64,000 bases of DNA from an uncultured Rhodospirillales bacterium (GTDB lineage: Bacteria; Pseudomonadota; Alphaproteobacteria; CACIAM-22H2): contig CALANV010000030.1 in NCBI GenBank assembly GCA_937926175.1, forward strand, positions 64,451 through 128,450, written 5' to 3'. The translations under genes and the position numbers were made by a program. The notes beneath the pieces were generated by a model. The model was not told the origin of the DNA, did not search any database, and saw only the letters and a list, made by a program, of their open reading frames with translations. Below are positions 59,109 through 64,000 of the stretch, piece by piece; within the stretch, counting starts at the first letter, position 1, and each line of letters opens with the position of its first letter.

Positions 59109-60392
59109 TTACCGGTAGAAGTACTCGACCGGAAGCAGCGGTATCGCCGGCACGTAGGTACATAGCAGGAGCACGGCGATCAGCACGCCAACGAACCAGA
59201 CGTTCACGCGCGTGACTTGCCAGATGTCGGCCTTGGCAATCGCGCATGCCGTCATCAGGACGCTGGCAACCGGCGGCGTCTGCTGACCGATGCCGAGATT
59301 GATCGTGACGATCAGGCCGAAATGCACCGGATCGATGCCGACCGAGTTCACCAGCGGCATCACCACAGGCACGGTCAGGATGATGGCTGCGGCCGAATGT
59401 AGAAACAGGCCCAGGATCAGGAACAGGACATTGAGCAGCGCCAGCACGACCCATTTGTTGGTCGTGATCTCCGCGATGGCCGCGGCCAGCTGTTGCGGCG
59501 CCTGTGCCTCGGTCAGATAGGTCCCGACGAGTGTCGACGTGCCGACGAGAAGCATGACGACGGCCGTCTGAACGCCGCCTTCGATGATCGCCTCCTTCAG
59601 TTGCCGGAGGTCGAGTTCCCGATAGATGAACAGGCCGACGAACAGGGCCGCGAGGACCGCCATGGCGGCACCCTCGGTCGCAGTGACGATGCCGCCGAAG
59701 ATCGTGCCCAGGATGACCACGGGCAGGATGAAGGCCCAGGCCGCCTCCTTGAACGTCTTCCAGATGTGCGGCAGATCGAACGCCTGCTCGATCGGCAGAT
59801 TGTAGATGCGGGCAAACCGATAGGCCATCAGCATCAGGCCCAAACCGCCGATGATCCCGGGAATGATCCCCGCCACGAACAGCTGCACGACGGACGTGTC
59901 GGCCATCACCGCATAGAGGATCATCGGGATCGACGGCGGAATGATCACGGCGAGCGTCGCCGAGGACGAGATGACCGAGGTCGCCAGTGGCGTCGGATAG
60001 CCCCTGCGCTTCATCGCCGGAATCAGGATCGAACCCAGCGCCGCCACGTCGGCAACAGCCGAACCCGATATTTCCGCGAAAAACAGCGACGTGCCGATCG
60101 ACACCATCGCCAGGCCACCGCGGATGAAGCCGAGCAACGCGGTCGCGAAGGCAACCAGCCGGCGCGAAATGCCGGAAGCGTTCATGATTGCCCCCGCCAG
60201 GATGAACAGCGGAATCGCGATCAACGGGAAGTTGGTGGCGCCGTTGTACATGCCGACCGCCACGTTGGGCAACATCTCGACGCCCTGGGTCAGGAGAATG
60301 GCCCCCACGGCCACGATGCCGAGTCCGACCGCGATCGGCACGTTGATCAGCGTGATGAGGAGCAGCGCAAGGAAAATGAGAAGGATGGCCAT
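59109..60392 (-). CDS. dctM: TRAP transporter large permease (second system)
   Basis: 427-aa multi-TM DctM family protein. Confidence 0.85.
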   Translation of the reverse strand: MAILLIFLALLLITLINVPIAVGLGIVAVGAILLTQGVEMLPNVAVGMYNGATNFPLIAIPLFILAGAIMNASGISRRLVAFATALLGFIRGGLAMVSIGTSLFFAEISGSAVADVAALGSILIPAMKRRGYPTPLATSVISSSATLAVIIPPSIPMILYAVMADTSVVQLFVAGIIPGIIGGLGLMLMAYRFARIYNLPIEQAFDLPHIWKTFKEAAWAFILPVVILGTIFGGIVTATEGAAMAVLAALFVGLFIYRELDLRQLKEAIIEGGVQTAVVMLLVGTSTLVGTYLTEAQAPQQLAAAIAEITTNKWVVLALLNVLFLILGLFLHSAAAIILTVPVVMPLVNSVGIDPVHFGLIVTINLGIGQQTPPVASVLMTACAIAKADIWQVTRVNVWFVGVLIAVLLLCTYVPAIPLLPVEYFYR

Positions 60393-60400
60393 GGGACCGC

Positions 60401-60937
60401 CTACTCCGTCGACGCCATTTCGGAACCCAACTCCTTGCGGTCAGCATCGGAACGACCGGTGCCGCCGGCCATGGTCTTGCGCCAGGCGTCAGGCATGCTG
60501 AGGACCTCGGCGATGATGAAGAGCACTGCGCCGATCGGGATGACGGATTGGGCAAGCTGCTCGGGCACCTCGGGCAGACTCACCAATGTCGAGCCTTCGA
60601 GGATGACGAGCACCTCGTAGCCGATCCATGCCGTCAGTGCGAAGAAGCCGATGACGAGGATTTCGGCCACGGCGAACATTACGGCCCGCCACGCGGGCGG
60701 AATCATGCGGATGACTTCCGGGACGCCGATATGCGACCGCTTGAGGGCGGCGAGTGCCGCACCGTAGTAGGTCAACCAAGCGAGCATGATCGCCGCGACC
60801 TCGTCGTACCAGACGAGTGCAGCGCCGGCGCTGCGATAGGCGACTCCCAACAGCACGACGACCGAAAGGCCGACCATCAGGGTGATGACGATGGCCTCGA
60901 GCAGCCGTTCATAGGCGTATTTCACTTGTTCGAACAC
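60401..60937 (-). CDS. dctQ: TRAP transporter small permease (second system)
   Basis: 178 aa with 4 TM helices, located 8 nt upstream of dctM. Confidence 0.8.
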   Translation of the reverse strand: MFEQVKYAYERLLEAIVITLMVGLSVVVLLGVAYRSAGAALVWYDEVAAIMLAWLTYYGAALAALKRSHIGVPEVIRMIPPAWRAVMFAVAEILVIGFFALTAWIGYEVLVILEGSTLVSLPEVPEQLAQSVIPIGAVLFIIAEVLSMPDAWRKTMAGGTGRSDADRKELGSEMASTE

Positions 60938-61027
60938 GAGACTCCCCCGGCTGTGCGGCCGGCGGCCGGACCGGGCAACGACGGTCCGGCCGCCGGCAGG
61001 ACAGCTGATCGCCCCGTCGAGGACGGC

Positions 61028-62020
61028 TTAGGACGATGCCCCAAGCGCAAGCGCCTTTTCGATCAGCGCCTTCGCCGCCGGAACTTCCTTCGCGAACTCC
61101 TCGTAGATCGGCTTGCTCGCGTTGATGAAGGCGTTCTTGTCGGCCTCGTTCACTTCCATGCCGGCGGCCTTGAGCTTCTCGAGCAACGCCTCCTCCTCAC
61201 GCGCAGCCACTTCGTAGACGAAGGCCTGCGTCTCGCGCGCCGTCTCTTCGAGGATCTTGCGCACGTCCTCGGGCAGGCTGTTGAACTTGCGCGCCCCGGT
61301 CGTCAGATAGGCGGGCGTATAGACGTGACCCGTCAGCGACAGATACTTCTGTACCTCCTGAAATTTTGCACTGTAGATCTGCGTGAATGGGTTTTCCTGG
61401 CCGTCCATCACGCCGGTCTGAAGCGCGACGAACACTTCCGAGAACTTCATCGGGCTCGGATTGGCGCCATAGGCCTGGAACATCTTCACGCGCCACTTGC
61501 CCTCCGGCACGCGCAGCTTGATGCCCTTGAGGTCCGCCGGCTCCTTGATCGGGTGCCGGCTGTTGGTGATGTGACGGAACCCGTTTTCCCAGACGGCGAG
61601 AATCTTGAGGCCCTTCGCCTCCGCCGCCGGCGCAAGTGACGACCAGAAGACTTCCTTCTCGATCCGCCCCATGTGCGCGCGATCTTTGACCAGATATGGC
61701 ATCTCGAATATGCCGAACACGTCGACTTCGGACGACATCACCGTCGACGGAAGTGCGAAGTCGACCGTCCCGAGCTTCAGTTTCTGGATGAGTTCCTTGT
61801 CGCCGCCAAGCTGGCTCGATCCGAAGACCAGAACCTTGCCCTTGTTGCCGAGCTTGGCGTTCGCACGCTTCGCAAACTCCTCCGCCGATTGTGCGAAGAG
61901 TGAGCCCGGCTCACCGACATGGCCCAATTTGAGTTCGAGTCCCTGGGCGTGAGCGACACCACCCGAAAGGCCGAAGAACGTAACCGCTGCGGCGCCGACC
62001 AGTACAGCAAGTCTCAACAT
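61028..62020 (-). CDS. dctP: TRAP transporter substrate-binding protein DctP family (second system)
   Basis: Signal peptide, DctP fold, and the RBS GGGAGG 7 nt upstream. Confidence 0.85.
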   Translation of the reverse strand: MLRLAVLVGAAAVTFFGLSGGVAHAQGLELKLGHVGEPGSLFAQSAEEFAKRANAKLGNKGKVLVFGSSQLGGDKELIQKLKLGTVDFALPSTVMSSEVDVFGIFEMPYLVKDRAHMGRIEKEVFWSSLAPAAEAKGLKILAVWENGFRHITNSRHPIKEPADLKGIKLRVPEGKWRVKMFQAYGANPSPMKFSEVFVALQTGVMDGQENPFTQIYSAKFQEVQKYLSLTGHVYTPAYLTTGARKFNSLPEDVRKILEETARETQAFVYEVAAREEEALLEKLKAAGMEVNEADKNAFINASKPIYEEFAKEVPAAKALIEKALALGASS

Positions 62021-62394
62021 GGCGTCCTCCCTGGATGACCGTTTTGGTTCGGATTTTTTCTATTTTGGGTTACCATAGTGCTGTCATCGCCCGCGCGTGG
62101 CAAGCCGATCCTGCAGACGGCTGATGGAGTCGCGCGGAAATCGACGCACAGTCGAATGTCGGTCGTGAACCGGTACATTTTTGTGACCGGACCGCTGCGA
62201 TCCACCACAAGCGGCGCCCACCGTTCGGATGACAGCGGTAGCATCATCCTGTTTGCCCACTCGCGTTCGATCTGCCGTTGCATTGCCCCCGAGCGGCGAA
62301 CGAACTTGTCCCGCCCCGGGCAATACCCCTAAGCACGAAGATGCCCTAAATTCTCTGGTCGCGACCGACGAAACCATCCGAAGGATCGACTGCC

Positions 62395-63093
62395 ATGATC
62401 ACCCGACGCCCGGCCGACGCACGCGGCCGGACCCGCATCGACTGGCTCGACAGCCGACACACGTTCTCCTTCGCCGACTATTTCGACGAGGCCCATATGG
62501 GCTTCGGCAGCCTGCGCGTGATCAACGAGGACCGGATGACCCCGGGAACCGGGTTTCCGATGCATGGCCACTGCGACATGGAAATCATCAGCTACGTCCT
62601 GTCGGGCGCCCTCGAGCACAAGGACAGCCTGGGCACGGGATCGATCATTCGCCCCGGCGAGATCCAGCGGATGAGCGCCGGGACCGGCATCCGCCACAGC
62701 GAGTACAACCCGTCACCGACCGAGCCTGTCCATTTCCTGCAGATTTGGATCCTCCCCGAGCGGGCCGGGCTCCAGCCGAGCTATGAGCAGAAGGTGACCC
62801 GCATCGCCGACACGCCGGGAAAGCTCCGCCTCATCGGGGCGCGCAACGGCGGCGACGGCACCGTCACCATCCATCAGGACGTGAACCTCTATGCGGGCGT
62901 CCTGCGGCGCGGCGATGTCACCGACTATGTGCCGCCGGCCGGTCGGCGCACCTGGATCCAGATCGCGCGCGGGTCGATCGATCTCAACGGTCAGATGCTC
63001 GGGCAGGGCGACGGGGCCGCGGTCATCGACGAGCCGCGGTTGCGCCTCACGGCGGCGAGCGACGCGGAGGTCATCCTCTTCGATCTGGCCTAG
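62395..63093 (+). CDS. pirin family protein (cupin; quercetin 2,3-dioxygenase-like)
   Basis: The N-terminal cupin metal ligands are present (HGHCDMEIISYVLSG...HKD...RHSE). 232 aa. Confidence 0.85.
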   Translation: MITRRPADARGRTRIDWLDSRHTFSFADYFDEAHMGFGSLRVINEDRMTPGTGFPMHGHCDMEIISYVLSGALEHKDSLGTGSIIRPGEIQRMSAGTGIRHSEYNPSPTEPVHFLQIWILPERAGLQPSYEQKVTRIADTPGKLRLIGARNGGDGTVTIHQDVNLYAGVLRRGDVTDYVPPAGRRTWIQIARGSIDLNGQMLGQGDGAAVIDEPRLRLTAASDAEVILFDLA

Positions 63094-63106
63094 GAACCTA
63101 TATCGC

Positions 63107-64000
63107 TCAGGCGCGCTGGCGGGCGTAGGTCTCGCGCATCGCCAGCACCGCCGCCGTGCCGATTGCGCATGCGGCCGGAAGAACCGTGAATGCGATGCGG
63201 TAAGCCTCGGGCGTATAGATGCGCGCCCCCGCGACGAGCTCGCCTGTCCAGTTGATATCCAGGAGAAATCCGATCAGCGGCTGGAACAGGGCACCGCTTC
63301 CGACAACGGCCGTATTGACCACGCCCATTGCGCTGCCGCTCATGCCCGGCGGATTGTGTTCGCGTACGCTCGCAAAAGACAGAACCATCGAGGAGGCGGC
63401 CGCGCCATGGATAACGACGAGCGCGCCGAGCACCGACAGCGGCAGACCCGGCAGATAGATGACGGCCACCAGCGACAACGTGGCGACAGCAGCACCCGCC
63501 AGCATCGGCATCTTCCGCCGCCCGATCCGGTCCGAGATGAAGCCGATCACCGGGGCGCCGATACCCCAGCCGACGAAGATCAGCGACGCGAACGCCGCAG
63601 CGTCCGCCCGATCGAGGCCGTAGATGGTTTCCAGATACGGAACCGCCCACAATGCGCCGAACCCGAGCATTGGTCCGGTCATGGCGAGACCGAAGGCTGC
63701 ATTGAGCCAGGTCTCAAGGTTGCGCAGCACGATGCGAAGGCTGCTTGCAACACCGACCGCTCTCGATGCCGCATGCGGCCGGTCGCGGACGACCAGGAAG
63801 ATGAGCACCGCCAGAACGGCGCCGCTTGCGGCGACGACATGGAGGGCGCCGCGCCAGCCGATCGCATCGACGACAAAAGCGAGCGGCGCCTGCCCGAAAA
63901 CGGCCCCCGCCATGCCGATCGCCTGCGTCAGGCCGGCGAACAGGGCAAAGCGTCCGGGCGGGAACCACTGGGTCAGCACCGTCAGCACGCCGACCCAGCT
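63107..64000 (-). CDS. MFS transporter (C-terminal part; the 5' end lies beyond the window edge)
   Basis: Open minus-strand frame from the stop at 63107 to the window end. Multiple TM helices and an MFS motif (GFISDRIGRRKMP). Confidence 0.75.
   Translation of the reverse strand, partial: SWVGVLTVLTQWFPPGRFALFAGLTQAIGMAGAVFGQAPLAFVVDAIGWRGALHVVAASGAVLAVLIFLVVRDRPHAASRAVGVASSLRIVLRNLETWLNAAFGLAMTGPMLGFGALWAVPYLETIYGLDRADAAAFASLIFVGWGIGAPVIGFISDRIGRRKMPMLAGAAVATLSLVAVIYLPGLPLSVLGALVVIHGAAASSMVLSFASVREHNPPGMSGSAMGVVNTAVVGSGALFQPLIGFLLDINWTGELVAGARIYTPEAYRIAFTVLPAACAIGTAAVLAMRETYARQRA

Noticed and set aside
1-64000. tRNA or rRNA genes, CRISPR arrays, IS elements, integrases, toxin-antitoxin pairs.
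   Set aside because: All intergenic regions longer than 80 nt were scanned for T-psi-C-like GTTCGAATCC motifs and cloverleaf symmetry, with none found. There are no regularly spaced repeats, no transposase or integrase-like ORFs, and no flanking direct repeats.

Overview
This is a high-GC (roughly 65-70%) chromosomal window that looks alphaproteobacterial. I infer this from the gene content (chvI-chvG, a truncated hprK, rsmE-gshA, kdsB-pheA, cbtAB, yejABEF). It is densely packed with about 65 genes, mostly housekeeping and on both strands. I found no tRNA or rRNA, no CRISPR array, and no transposase or integrase. Because of the GC content, the six-frame ORF track is full of long spurious antisense ORFs, and I ignored those. 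Main blocks, in order: (1) polA, an S9 peptidase, and a minus-strand cbtB-cbtA-HugZ-like operon (cbtB is under 60 aa and is missing from the ORF track). (2) A complete chvI-chvG-hprK-rapZ-EIIA(Man)-HPr-Enzyme I regulatory PTS cluster. (3) An Aer-like aerotaxis receptor split into a PAS ORF and an MCP ORF that overlap and appear translationally coupled. (4) rsmE-gshA, ubiA with a methyltransferase, and ubiD. (5) Several small clusters of unknown function: a Cys-rich protein with a lipoprotein and a 2OG-oxygenase-like protein; a secreted protein followed by a membrane-anchored bactofilin-like beta-helix protein; and a 339-aa hypothetical. (6) pmbA, an SDR, prfC, pheA-kdsB, a cytochrome c, hisN-DUF3750, the yejABEF peptide ABC importer, sodC, ghrA, pepA and a GST. 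(7) A roughly 10.5 kb minus-strand catabolic island at 47.9-58.5 kb, which is the most interesting candidate. It encodes an enoyl-CoA hydratase, two family III CoA-transferases, an NTF2-like protein, a GNAT, a citrate-synthase-fold citryl-CoA lyase, an SMP-30/gluconolactonase pseudogene with two frameshifts, DctPQM, and an extra TAXI-type solute-binding protein. No transcriptional regulator lies inside it. (8) A second DctPQM, a pirin and a partial MFS transporter at the window edge.
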